From contig JYFJ02003649.1 in the NCBI GenBank assembly GCA_000934665.2, positions 1-39,194 of the forward strand: a stretch of 39,194 bases of DNA, written 5' to 3'. Below are positions 23,887 to 37,800 of this stretch, piece after piece. Below the pieces are notes generated by a model that made no database searches, was not told where the DNA came from, and was given only the letters and a program-made list of their open reading frames with translations. The translations under genes and the position numbers were made by a program. Origin of the DNA: Catajapyx aquilonaris. Lineage: Eukaryota. The number at the start of each line of letters is the position of its first letter. Positions within the stretch are counted from its first letter, which is position 1.

Positions 23887-23911
23887 TTGTGGAATCACNT
23901 TGTGGAATCAC
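23887..23911. other. Assembly gap/contig join
   Basis: A single n at 23899 with TTGTGGAATCAC repeated on both sides, next to a poly-C run. Confidence 0.8.
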
Positions 23912-26900
23912 TAGGAATGAAAGATTAGAAAAAATAATCATAGTAGTTGCTTAATGATGATTTCCTGCCGATACCGACTGCGCCCCTTTTTTCACTAGGT
24001 TCCCTCGGGATGTCTCGCTCATCCTTGACAAAGCTTAGAATAAGATAGAGCCATTTCCTTTCCTTGTAACAATATTAAGCTAAGCCTCTTTTAACAGGAT
24101 GAGTGGAGTCTAATTATGGTGTAATATTGAAAGCCTGAAGGTCTGATTTTTTTTTTTAATGTAAAGAAATAATGTAAATACGACAAACTTCAGCGATGGA
24201 AGCATGTAAATGTAAATCTACAGAGTTTTCTGATTGAAAGGTCCATTTTTGGAATTAAAATGCTTACTTCAATCAGTTACTTATAATGGATCGTTACTTT
24301 CAGTTTTTATCAGAAGTATTAGAGCTAATATTTGGTTGCGTGAACCCATATTTTTAATGCCTGAAAGAGGTATGGCCTGCAAAAAATGGGTTCTATCACT
24401 CACGTTCAACCGCACGGGCCTTTCCCAATATGAAATTCCTTGATGTTCAGAACCTGAATAAATTCAATAATATTGAATGTAATTGATATCGACAAAATAA
24501 CTGCTCAAAATAAACAGCCAACTGAAACGAAAATTTCTAACATCCTTTATTACTATTGGATGTAACATGAACTGCAAAATGCTGGTTTCATTTTCATGGG
24601 GGTACTAATGATTTTCAGAAAATTAAGGATTTTCAAATGTCATTTAATGTGGGCCAAACATTGTAACTTTTTCGGATGTTGTTTTCTCCCGATTGTATCA
24701 ATCCAAACTAAATAAGCACTCTTACAGGATGTTACGAAGGTGCTCATTTCCTCTCGTACCTCTAGCTATTTCTCGCAATATTTCAAGAGAAATCACCCTA
24801 GTTGATTTTGCGATTTAAACTTAATTACGGAGGCAATTGCATTTTTTCAAAAAATGTGCTAGCTACAACTACACAATTTTATCAGTGGGGTACAATATTT
24901 ACTTTTCCTGCATTGTACAGTACATCTAAAGCACGATGGGGAAAAATGCAGTGTTTATAAATTAAGATCCCTAGTATCAGCAATTTTTCATGTTTATGGA
25001 AGCAGAATATGACAAGCTGTGCAGTAAATCAAACACAACTTCGGTATAGGGTGGAGCTGTAATAATACAGTCAGAAGATTACGGATAGTGTTGCACCTAA
25101 TGATTGCTGGCTTATAAATTTAACTTGCGCGGATGTAAGTGAAGCAAAGGTGCTTCAGAGGTACTCGCCCAATTTTTCATGTTACTTTCAGTGCAAGGGT
25201 GACCGTGGCAGGTAATTTGCAGCAACATGCATAATTAGCGTAGCAATGGTATACTCCGTGAAATGCAGACTGATACACCAGTACCGGCGAAGCGAAGTGA
25301 ACCGGTCAAATCGGAGACTTCGCTCTAGAGGATTGACCTTAGTTCTCATCTGGACTGAGGTCATGCGTGACGTCACCCCCCTGTTGCAATTGCGGGGTCA
25401 TAAAGTTTATACTACAAGTTCATTACCGGAGATTGAAACAAGGTCTGGAGCTACCTTTCGGGCCGTTTTGTGCCAGAATTAATTACACCAAGGTGGCAAT
25501 TAGGACCAATATTTAATTTTAGCCCCCCATTACTTTTCTGAAAGTAACCTCGTTAATCTTGAGCACATACTGCATACTGATGTCTATTCTAACCAAAAGT
25601 TTTGCCACATTTTGAAGCATACTTGAGAATAAAATGCTACATCCGAGTTTGAGATTTGAGAATAAATTGTCACGCAAGGATATAGCTAATCGGAGGCTTA
25701 GCTGGGGAACAAGTGCAAGCTGCCGGAACACACATTAGGCGTAACCCGCCTTTGAAGGCAACAAATTGGTTCTCTACATCAACATGATTTTGCACTCCAG
25801 CCTTTTTCTTCTTTCGCATTTTTTTGGGGGAGATGACTGCTAGCTGGTGGTCTCCTGTTCCTTTTTTTTCTCCTTGTCGCCCACTTGATTGGCTGTTCCC
25901 GAGTGCCAATTAAAGTATATGGATACGTCTCGTCACGTACTGCGGTCCATTTTCTCCCACACCCTATCTCCAGTTATAATGAGACGGACAATTATTGGAG
26001 GTGGCAGTCAACAGTAAATTAAAGTTTGGGCTGCCACACGTCTCTTTGTGCAACTGTATACATCAGGCTGGCAATAATCACCGGCTGCATTTTTATTAAG
26101 GAATGAATCATAATGATTGTCGGAATAAAAGAAATTGTTGGGTCTAAAGTTGGGCGCTCGGGTGCGTCATTGTAACGCTTGGCAGAACGGCAAGAACGTT
26201 ATACCATTTATTTGGCCGATGAGGACGGGAAGTAATTTTTCCTAAGCTCGTTGGGCTGGATTTCCTACATATGTGCTGTGGCCTGTGGCCTCCACATTAG
26301 TGTTATCTGCACTGCTCGCACTTTTTTTTGGAGGGGTGCCCACTTACAATATTGTCACGTGGACTAGTCAAGTGGAACTGAGCGGAACAATTCCAGATAT
26401 TTCTGTTTGTGCAGTGCAAGAATTTCTTGAACAAATGATCGAAATATTTGTGGCCGTTTCTTCTGAACATTTGAAGGTCTTTGCAATTAACTTAGTATTT
26501 TTTGGAATACTTTGATTTTTGATTTGTAGTGCTATAAACACTTGAGATTTTGGCATTGCCCATGAGGCGTCCTGAATATTTGAACCTTTCCAATGAACTT
26601 AGGTTACCATCTACGATGGAGGGGTGTCAGGTAGAGGTGCAAGTGTATTGGTGTAGCATTGCTGGTGTAACATAAACTGACATGAAACACTACTGGCACG
26701 ACAGTAATCACTGTTATTCGCGCTAACGATCCTTGCGAGAGAAATCCCTGAAACATTAATTTAAATATGATAATTATGCGAGCCTGAAGCAGTCATGTTT
26801 GTGGCCGACATGCGTTTCAGGCCAATTCATCAGCCTTCAAAGACTGCATTCCTAAATTGCCACATGCTATGCAAAAATCAGCTAACATGCTCCTTGGACC

Positions 26901-27135
26901 TGGCAGTGTATATCGCACCTTCTGCTATCCCCCACCCTCCATCCCACCCACCTCTGTATACTGTCCTCTCGGCAGTTCTTATGCGTGATGGAATGTTTCC
27001 ATTCCCGCATTCTTTCGCACTCTGAAGGAGGAACATTATTACCCAGCAGCTCACGTGCGTCCCAACCATACCTTTTTGGATTGTTCTCATGTGTTATGGA
27101 CAGCATGCATGCATAACGGGCCTTCCGAAGGCTAT

Positions 27136-27158
27136 CCACCACCACCACCACCACCACC
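27136..27158. repeat. (CCA)n microsatellite
   Basis: Seven perfect CCA units plus CC. Confidence 0.9.
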
Positions 27159-30100
27159 GGATCATTGGGTGTGGTATATCAAGGCACCCCTCACCCCCTC
27201 CTTCACCCCCGTCATCGCCATCACCCCCCTCACTGCTCAAGAACACTGTCGTACAGTCTGATACTAGGTCTAAAAGGGGTCAAGAGCAATACCTTTTCCT
27301 TTGCCTCAGCCTGGGATCCTAGGCTTTTGCACAGTTACTAGTTGTCTCTGGAGGGCTCAAGAGGAGGAGGAGTGGTTGTTGGTGAGTGCCGACCAAAAGA
27401 ACTGATAATTAATTGTCTCTCGAGCCTGCGGGAGGTCAATTCAGTGCCGCTGCGGTCACTCGACATGTTTTTGCTCCCTCCTTGGCTATTCTCTGATACG
27501 TGCAAGCCACAGTCCGTTTAGCTAAGGGAATGCGACCGCCGCGGCCAGCCGTTCTACTGCTGTAAGACTCAATCGCATAGCACAAGTTAATCAGGGGATG
27601 ATATTCACTAGATTTACCTAGCCGTTAATTGGTACCGTATATGTGAAAAGGATGATACAGGTGGACACCCGTGTAAAATGCAACCAAGTTTTAGAACACT
27701 GTGTTGGCAGAGTGCAATTGCAAATTGATGATGAAATGTATCCGTTCTGTCATGTACTGAATCCAAAGTGTTTGTTTGTTGCGCGCGTGACTGTCATTCT
27801 ATTATATTATATTCTATTCACGTCAAGAAGAAATGAAATTTTAATTAATCAGTGCAATGCCACCAATAAACCCACCGGTAACCACAAGGTCGCCTAATAA
27901 AACCCACACCATCCTTTCATCAAATCTGACGGGGAAGTACATTGCTATGGTTTAGGGAACAGCCATAAAGTATGTCACGCTGATGTGACGTGAGGGTGCA
28001 GGGGTCGGCCCAATATTCATAATTTAAAAAGAAAACTGAATTTATCTGCGAGTTCAATAAGTTAATTTTTGTAGAGATAAAACCGAAACTTGGGGAAGGG
28101 TGTCCATATAGCAGAGTGACTTACTCTTTGAGGGAGGTCGCTATTAATGTGATTATACCGGTACGTGACATATCTATTCATGAAGCATCACATGCCCGTC
28201 CATCACAACAATACAAACTGTCATCATCCTTACCTGAGATCCGCATCGCCCGAACAAGTTGAAGCTTCCATCCACAATAAAAATCGAACCCCCAAACAAC
28301 CGACAGTCACTGTAACTGGCAGGTGCTCCTTTTCGATTCAAGCGTTGAAGTCTCCGGGCGCCTAGAAAATATTCTTGAGCAGACTGGAAGAAGGGTGGGT
28401 GGCCGGTGGGCACTGGCGGTGGTAGGTTGAGGAATGGTAAGGTAGGTCCGGTTGGATGATCGTGCACACCAATTGGGCGGAGCATGCGACAAGATGCGCG
28501 TCTCTTCGCAGACTGAACTGCCGCTTCTTCTTGCTTGCACCTCACCTTCTTCTTGGGTATACCTTCCACCCCCACCACTTGGTCTCCCACCTTTTTTTTT
28601 TCATTCCTCCCTCGGTTGCTTCTCAGGTTGCTCTTCACGCTTCTTCTGTGCCCATGTGAGCGCGTGCCTTTTGCAGACGATGCAATGCCATCAGCATATA
28701 ACCAGGGCATGACTTTAGATGAGTCAGGTGTTGGTAATGGAAGGGTCCGAACTCGTTATGACTAGTCCCCACTTAGTCCAGATGACATGGGACTACAAAT
28801 AAGGCTAACCCAGCAAATCTGGGCCTGGTTCACATACTGCCACCCCACCACCCCCCTACACCCACTCTGCTGACATCTCTTCCGCCCCACACAACCTTAC
28901 ATCCCGAAAAACCCGCCTTTCCTCGTTGTAAAATTCCAGTCCAAGTAAAATGGCTGACTTTTACGATGTTGAACTGGTGAGGACTGTGAAGAGAAGGTGG
29001 AGGATAGGGAGTAAGTAAAGGTTGGATTGGGTGAGATGAGAAAGAGGAGCGACATTACCAGCTGAACGACTACCATTTTCCCATGCATACACTCAACTTC
29101 TGGTAAAGGGAGAAGTCGGGCCAGTTCAGACAGGTGTTCTTTTGTTTCTTGATTGAGAAATAAAAGTCTAATTTATTCGAGCCTGCTAGAGATTAAAAGT
29201 ACTCAAGACGAGCTGGAGTTATGCATACGTAGGTTTTATTGCCTAACCTCACGGGGGCTGAACCGTATTTTTTTTTTTGCTTCTTCCAGAGGAAATCGCA
29301 CGGTTGTGTAGCTTGAGTCATGGGGGTCCTCTGTCAGCAGGTGCTAGACCTTAACCCAGTCGCAGATTAAATATTACCAGAACCGCGTATAAATTCAATA
29401 AGATATTTCGTTCATTTGTGTGCGCAGTTGGGCAGACAGTAAGATGTGGTTGTCACACAAAAGTTGGCGCCAAGTTATACCCCCCATGAAAGCACTTTCA
29501 GTACCTGGCATGGATACACAACTATGTAAAATGCACCTAGACAGCCGCCAGTACAATAAAACCCCTGAAGAAACATATTCCAGCCTGTTTCTTATTACAT
29601 CTTGAAAGGAAAAAGACTCGCTCGTCAAGCCGGATCGGCAGCCTATGAGGAGACGAAAAAAAGAAGCTTTAGGCCTGGCTAAAACTTACCCGAATTCTCT
29701 TAAAATACCTATAAGGTTCGTTAGTCTTATGTTCGTTCGTGCGTGCAGCCGCCAACTTTCTTCTTTTTCGCTGCTCTGCCTTTGGCGTCATACCATGCCG
29801 AAAGGAGACGGAAGTGTATAGTACAATATTACAATGTAGACTAATACCAGTTTTTTTCAGTACAGACTCTGCTAAGTGTACCGCAGTAAAAGAGTGCTAT
29901 TTCTACTCGGAGCAGGATGATGGATTGAAAAATACAGGGTGAGTTTTTTTTAACGATCCTTGAAATGAATGTGTATTGTGGCGGTATACATTGAAAGTCG
30001 CGCCATTGCACCTATAAAATGTCCTGGATCTCGGATTTAAATATCCAGTAATTTTATTGAAGAACTGGATAAAAGTCGCCGTTTCTCTTCCTCCGAAGAA

Positions 30101-31235
30101 TGCTGTTTCCTTACGGGCAAGCCATTGCGGTGAAATTATGGCGGTGTTAAATTGAATATAGTGAAACCCGGTGTCCGCATTTTTTCGCAATGATTCTTTT
30201 CTGTGTATGCCGGTGGACACCAAACCTACCGCCTGTGGACTTACAGTACTGCTCTTTACACGGTGAAATTTATGGTAGAAATAAACAGAGTCTAATAAAA
30301 AAATTGATGGTTGTATCAACACAAATAATATAATATGATAGAAACAATACCAAATATGAATATTTCCCCTAATTTGCATGTTAGCCGTGCACACCGTACC
30401 CTGATCCGATTGTCGTCACCAATTAAACGCCAGTTTGTAGCCGACGCTGCAATTACTAATTTATCACTGTGAAGCGTATTCTGCGGCGAACATCCGGAAC
30501 CAAACGTCGAGTTCAATGTAACTCTTGTATACCTTGTAATTTCACAGTTTATTTTTTTGCATGGTCCTCTTTGATTGTCGGCGGCGCGGCGTGATTACTA
30601 TTTTGCGTCGGGTTGGTCTAATATTATTATGTCAGGTGATGCCGGTACGGAGCGTCTGCAGAAAGGGTGTGGCATTCAATTAAAGTCCCCAAAGGAGGAG
30701 AGGGGTAATCTAATGATTTACGTTTGTCTCCATCGTGAAATGAAGATGGGAGAGATAGTCGGGCCCGAACATCGTTTATGCGATGCCTACACTTTATTCG
30801 CAGATTTATCGCGCATTTGCGGACCGCCAATCGCTCCATTCACATTCCGCGAGTCATGCCACTCCCTATTTCGCGCCTAATTCCTTGTAACCCCCATCTT
30901 CAGGAGGAGGAGCGGATTTTGCACAATTAAATGAAGATCAGCAATGCAGTCATATTTTGATCAGAATTGGGTTAGCCATTGCGGCTCAAATTGAGAAATT
31001 ACAGCCATCAGAGATAAATTCAAAAAAAAATCTCACGAGGAATAATATATGTAATCTTCAAGCTCTTTTAATGCGGAACAAAATCAGACAATATTGTGAC
31101 ACTGATTGTTTTGCATTCCGGATCTCGATATGATTTACTGCAGGTGGTTAACAGAAACGCGTGGCATTTTAAACATCTAGAAAAACCCTCGCTTCGCTCG
31201 CATTTTTCTAGGAAATTGATAGTTATCCTTCCCAC

Positions 31236-31330
31236 CCACCAGAGGCGCTGCCTCCACACCATTGCGCAGGCGCAGAACTGGGCCAATAGGTAGCGTTGCG
31301 GTAACAACAATACGCCGCTGACCAATCAGA
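31236..31330. promoter_or_regulatory. Promoter-like motif cluster (NRF1/EWG site, two CCAAT boxes, CTCF-like site)
   Basis: CCACCAGAGGCGCTG (31236-31250), TGCGCAGGCGCA (31263-31274), GGCCAATAG (31281-31289) and GACCAATCAG (31320-31329) within ~95 bp. Function is inferred from motifs only. Confidence 0.35.
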
Positions 31331-31724
31331 ATGCTTATACAAACAACGAAAGATTTTAATACAATAGATATGAAATAATATGATGACTGCAAAAATACCA
31401 TTTAATTGCACAAATATTGAGCGTTGGGACATTATAATTTGGTATGATTTGTATGCCTTATTACAGTATTAATATATTTTTTTAAAATAACTCTGCATGA
31501 AACAGTAGTGTAACACCTTTTACTTTCCGGTGTCGGATATTTTGAGCCCGATTCAATTGTCTGACTGTACCAGGAAAAGGTCCATTGTTGTTTGTCCAAT
31601 GAATTGCAACCTTTTGTTGCGCTTTTCTTTTCTCAGTGGTGGGGCTGGAGAAACAATAATTCGTACCTGGTGTTAGGTCTAGAAAATCAATTAGTGATAC
31701 GTTGGAGTCGAGAGGTGTTTGAGT

Positions 31725-31850
31725 GTGGGGTGGGAGGGGGGGAGGGGACACAGAGGCGGCCTTTTGATTTTGTGTGGAGGAGGAAGGAGTGGGGTAGACA
31801 GCAGGTGGGAGGGGGAGGGGAGAGGGGATGGAGAGGAAGGGGGGGGGGGG
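31725..31850 (+). repeat. G-rich purine tract with G-quadruplex potential
   Basis: GGGGTGGGAGGGGGGGAGGGG and further runs of three or more G up to a poly-G ending at 31850. Confidence 0.6.
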
Positions 31851-34800
31851 CAATTCCACTCCGTTTATTCACCCCGGGAACAAACGCGACGACCTTTCGC
31901 AGGCTGAGAACATGTTCCACATTCTTCACAAGGGTAAAGGTAGCGATCGGTTCGGAAATTGGCCACTGGCGCCAGAAATAGTTCCAAAGGCATGAGCCAG
32001 CACTTTTCACTCTCTCCCCTCTATTACCAGACTGCGAAGTTTAACCTGGACTAGAGGTCAAAGGGCTTTCGCTGCGGGTTTCAACTGAAGCGATCAGGAA
32101 TAATAGAAGAGCGGTTGTTTCAATTAGGCCTACCTTCCTGCTCATTCATTTATGCTTCGGTCCTGCATTACTTGCAGATTCGCCAGATCTATAATAGGCT
32201 ATAGCTCAAAACCAAGTGTATATTATTGGAAGAAACGTCTTGGGTTTTTAGTGGTAATAATTTGTCACATAATGTATATGAATCTAGCTAGATATCGTGG
32301 AATCCTTCTCAGGCAATTTAGTACAGGTGCTCTTGCATAAAACCAGATTAAAATTACAGCATTGTTACTATATTATTTTCACATGGTTTGCAGACATCGC
32401 TGTAATTTGATTCGGTGGTTTTTTAAAAATTACATCTTAATACGGGCAATGCATAAGCTCTCTTACTGATGACTAATAGACAAACTCGACATTAATTTGA
32501 CTAAAAATTGGAGAGTCTATGAGTCCCTCTGAATCTACAGTATAGCAGGAAAAATTAATAAAGATTCTTAAGCAATTTTTAACAAATTTTCTATTCGCAA
32601 CAATTATTTTAATATCGAGGTGGATATCCCCGTGCGAGATCCAAATCTAAGTGAGGGAAAATTAAGAGCAAGGTACTGTTGCAACGTGTTGTACAGCAAG
32701 TAAATTTTATTGGGGAAGTGTATTGGAGTGAAGAGCGTTTTCATGCATTCCAAGGGCCGCTTTTGTATATCTGGACACGGAATCGCACAGTATAAGGGCA
32801 GCCCCTGGTCGGGGTTACGCCCTTTTTAGCGACCCGGGGGGCCTCTACAATGCGGATGACCACCCAGTAGGATACTTGTAGAATCATGTGCGGTATTACT
32901 CCTTTGCCTATGTATTACTTGAGGTGACCGTGAGTTAGGAACCTCGTTCTCCTGTCAACAACACACCTCCTCTTCCATTGTAATTATGCTATATAGGATG
33001 CGGTCAGCCGAGAAAAATGTTCAGTCTTCTCAGAATGAGTTAAACAGCACCGGTGATGTGAATCACGGCCGGCATTTAAGGCATATAAAAAAAATGGTGG
33101 ATTGAAAGCATGGCGGCTAGAGAGGGTAAAGGGATGGGTTGGTCATTGGATCGTGAGTGTGTGGCATGATCTGGACCGAGAAACCCCGAAGGCCTTTGCG
33201 TCGGAATGGATTTCGTGATGTATGGGGCCATCTGCAGCGGATTCCTCCTGACGTCACCAGACAAACGCTCTCTACAGGGCGCGAAATAATGCATGCTAAC
33301 CACACATATGCAGACCACCATCTTGGAATTGTTGGAACAATCCGAGCAGGTTGAAATATTACGCAATTGCGAGCAACATTCTTTTGTGGTATGCCACATA
33401 CTCTGCACGCTTGGCAGAACTCGAGAGATTCGAGCACACGCCCTGTACTACACAAATTACCACTTTTACCTACTGTGTTCGGTGGTATGAACTTGATTAC
33501 CTTCGATTTGTTTTTCTCCAGCACAACCTGTCGCCGAATTCTTTCAATGACTGACAGATCCGCGGATATCATTTTTTTCCTGAGGCCAGACAGTTATCCT
33601 GATTAGATTTGATAAGTGCGTGGTAAACCGCCATGTAGAGATGTTAAAGCCAGGATTTGTTTATGGCATTGAAGATTGCTCCCTTACTCATTAGCGCCTC
33701 CGTCCCTAAGCTTGCGCAAGAACAAAAAGTTTGTGACGGACACAAATCAAAGGGCGGATTAGGAGGAGGATGGATGGATGGATGGTCCTGAAGGAACTGG
33801 TTGCAAGTGAGCCGGTGGTGGTGTGGACGGCAGCCAGAGCAGCAGCACAAGAAGTACAGCCGGAACCTGTTTCAACCCAAGAAGGGCCGGCATTAATTAC
33901 TCGTAGCCACGGATTAACCATGCAGCAGAAAGCCCCTCTTTTTCATACCATGGGATTTATGAGACGACGCCTCACATACAACATGGCTGACTTCTCTGAA
34001 TGGGATCCAAAATGGCGCAAAATGAAAGTCTGCTCCTGGCGGAATTGGGCTTGAGCGAGACCGTCTAAGGGTTGAGCGACCGCACCCAGGCCTCAGGCCA
34101 CATTCTGGCTGCTGGTAGGGTTATGGCCGGTGGGTCGACGTATATGTGCTGCTCACATTCCCAGCACTTGCCGCGCCACTGCTGCTCACAAGTCCATGCA
34201 CCATTTTCTTATTTCCCACGGAATCTAGCCACATCCGAAAATAATTAAACGGGAGCCAGACAGACAGTGTGGTGCGGATTTCATTATGTCATGTAAACAA
34301 GTCTGTTGCGTTATTTCGAACAATGGTGTCAGCCTAGAAGAAGAGGTCACATACCTCATAAACAAGGCCCGGAACTTCCATCCCGCCCCCCTACCGTTCC
34401 TGGTTGCAATTGCGGTTTTTTTTTCTCACTCCTCCTTGTGCTCTGAAAGAATCGCTCATTCAATCTGCCCATATGATCAGAAGAAAAGTTGCAAAAAAAA
34501 AAATCGGTTCCCGCCCGCCCGCTAGATACTTAATTATGATTAAGTAAATCAGAGAGCGCTGGTTTTTGGGACACACCTCCTCCCAATTTTAAATCCACCT
34601 CCCCTACTCCCCTCCTGCCCCCTCTTTCCGGCTGTGCCTGATGTGTGATGTAGAGAGAAAAGGCGGTTGTAAGGGTGTGTCCAGTCACGATAGGCTGCCG
34701 GCGCTCCCTATCCGGGAATTAAAACCGAGTTTTCCTGCCTCTCATTAAGCAACCTGACGAATTCCGTATTTTTTTTCTGTACCTAATCGCTAGGTTTTTT

Positions 34801-37800
34801 TTTGTGTGTATCCAAAAAGTAGACTGAAGACGGACATCTCAATATATAGGAAGCGGTCAAAATGGAGCGGGCGTACACGATATCTGGGCGAGTTAAATGC
34901 CAACTTTCGGCATTTTTGAAGGGGACGTGAGCATCGTCGAAATAGTTCCGTGATACCAGATTCGCACGAAGTGGTGAGGGTAGGTGATGGTGGTTCTAGA
35001 GATGGGGAGGGGAAGGGAGGAGGGGAGGCTGCAATTTGCATAATTATCTGGTGGCATCGCTCTCGATGACAGCATCGGTGAGCAGTAAGGGGAGAGGGTG
35101 ATGGGAGAGGAAAAAAAAGTCCTGGTCGTGACTCCCGAATGGAAGGCCCCTATCTTCCTATAGCTCCTTTGGACCACGCCCTTCCCTAAGGTCATGCCTC
35201 CTTGACGACTTGTACTTTGGGGTCACCGGCATACAGTAATTTATGTGTGCCGCACGCTGAGCAGTCACCCGAATGTCATCCGATCAAAGTCCCATATTGT
35301 GCGCGGGTCGAGAGGATTTTTTTCCCCCCCTCGATAAGTCGTCACAGAACGGGAGACTAATTTTTTGTTGGAACTGCATCAATATCTGGGAGTCATATTT
35401 CTTTGGATATCTCGCTCCAATATAAAATACTGAATATCTGAATTAGCTAAAAGAATAAAAGAGCAGGGGTTTTCTAGGAAGTGAGGACAAATGAAATTTT
35501 TAAAAAGACTGAAACGTAATCGGTCGATAGGACTGTAAATTGTAGATTTTTCCAATGATACAACTTGTAAACCTGCCAAGATAACTGCGTTCTTGGCCTG
35601 TTACAGAACACGTCGCAGTAGTGTCCTTTGTTAATGGTTACACGCATGAAGTCCTCTAATAATAGTGACATTGGCAGAGTGCTCTTTTATTCAATTTTTT
35701 GTCACATCAGCGTTGCAGTTGAATTAGTTTTAATTTTTTTTTACACTGACTGTTCTCATCGGCCAGGAAAGCTAGAACCAGGAGTGCCAGAAGGTGGATA
35801 TAATGCTACTAAAATCTCAGGTATGTCAACATCTTAAACTGCGATATTTGGCAGAGTCCTATACAGTGAGCTAGACGATTCCACCTTCTACGCGTCTACA
35901 GTATTAGCAACAAACAGTTTGTTTTCAGTCAAAGAATAATATTAATCCGAGCAGTTCTGGCTACTTGAAGACATAGAACTGGTTACATGTGAAGAAGCGC
36001 TGTCCATAAAGAAGAAGAAACAATTCGAAACAGGAAACAAGTTCAAGTCTACTTCTTAAAATGGGCTGGTCGAAGCTTACAAAAATCGAAACAAGTCGAA
36101 TTACATATAATTGATGCTCCTAGCGAGGCAAAAAGCTAACTAACACAATAAACAGGAAATAAAGCAATGGCGTGACTAGATGATCTGAAGGCCTGAATAA
36201 GCAATGAATGCTTATTACCTATATCAACCCCCTTCTGCCACACCTTCCATTCCTCCCGCCACCTTCCCTTAGCTCCGAAACGGAGCCTTATGTTGTGGCG
36301 ATATAATATTTTAATTAAAATTATACCGTTATTTTTGGTTTTCCTATAACTTGTGGCTTTTTAATATTATCGGCTTAATGCACTGCACAACATGGGCTGC
36401 ACCCGCTCAGTTCCTCTCTGTTTGCACACTGGTTGTCGGTACAGGCTTTCCCACCTTCACTAAAAGCAATGATTTCATGTGAGGTTTTGGTCTTGGACCT
36501 GCCATTTTAACACTTACATTTTCTCATACTCATCACTGGCTGTATAACAAAAGGCTCTCAGATAGCAAATTAAAGGTGTCTTGTTTCTAACAGCAGAGGT
36601 AATGGCATGCTTTCTGCTTCCCAAAACCATAGGGGTGCTGGATTGGTTATTAAATTGTGACGAGTAAAAATATAAGATCTGAAATGTGCTGTAGAACAAT
36701 CAGGGTCACATTTTTCGAAATATGAGGCTTTGAAGTGCTGGAGATCCTTTCGTATCAAACATTTTTGTAGATGATTGTTATTATTTTATGTAAGCATATT
36801 ACACAACTGACTTGACCATAAGGTACCATTTGAAGACTACATGCCTAGCTCAATTTTGACCAAAATTCGATTATGATTGTTCCATATTTCAGGTCTTCTT
36901 TCTATTTACTTATCAGAAAACTAACTCGACCATCCTAAAGTACGAGCGAATGACTATTACATTTGACACGATGTTCCATTTCGACTAAAATGTAACTGTT
37001 CAATCTGCAACTCATCGCACCATTACAGTCACACAGAGAGGAATGAATCGTATGGATAATTATGCAAATATCGAACAATTTATTTGGCAAACCGCCTAAA
37101 AGTCATTTACGGTAGAAGCAGAAATTTTGAGATAAGATAGAAAAGTGTATACATCAGATATGCATTTTTCTCTGCAACACAGTCGTGTAATACGTAGGGA
37201 ATTTTAAACTGGCACGAAAGTCAACTACGCATCGATCAAGCTCACGTCTTTCCGATAAATATATGGGCGGTGTTGCTCAACAATCATTCAATAGTGTTTG
37301 CATATAGTCAGCAAAATTTATTTATGACATCAATTTTTCTCTCACTAGTACTAAAAATTGCTGTCACATTGAATACTATATTAAAAAATGAACTGTCGGC
37401 CATGACAGTCAAGATGCTCTTAACCCCAACATTGAAAGTGGACGGAAGCCTCCCCCTGATTTGTAACATTGCGTCAGTAAATGAAATCGAGTCAAACTTC
37501 GCGATAGCGCACTTGAAATATGGGAAATCGGGAGAACATGACGCTGTAAATCTCATCTGAGCCCTGCTGCTGCTTCGTCGTAAATAAGTCTTCTTTTTTA
37601 CCCTCTTTCACTGGGAGTAAGGTGGAGGAGGGGGTGTGTGAATAAATCATGAGTGCAGCAAACAGAATGTGTGAGCGAAGAGTCACGATTCGGGCTGGAT
37701 TGTCGTCCGTTGACCCGATTGTCGCAACGGACCATAAAAAAAGGCGACCAGAGAATGATGAGGCGGCAAACTGTAAATAAATCAGGTGGGATTAATTAAA

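Noticed and set aside
23887..23911. Tandem 12-bp repeat around an n
   Set aside because: Typical contig-overlap artefact at a gap, not biology. It also means the distance across this point is uncertain.
22443..24690. Weak ~40-bp similarity between ~22443 (AATGTGGCCCAACAATTGTAAC) and ~24646 (AATGTGGGCCAAACATTGTAAC)
   Set aside because: Too short and degenerate to classify; likely old repeat fragments or chance.
28174..28710. 178-aa minus-strand ORF
   Set aside because: Low-complexity composition with no recognisable family, and overlapped by equally unconvincing ORFs in other frames.
29933..30539. Tc1-like element starting TA|CAGGGTG
   Set aside because: No convincing matching right TIR.
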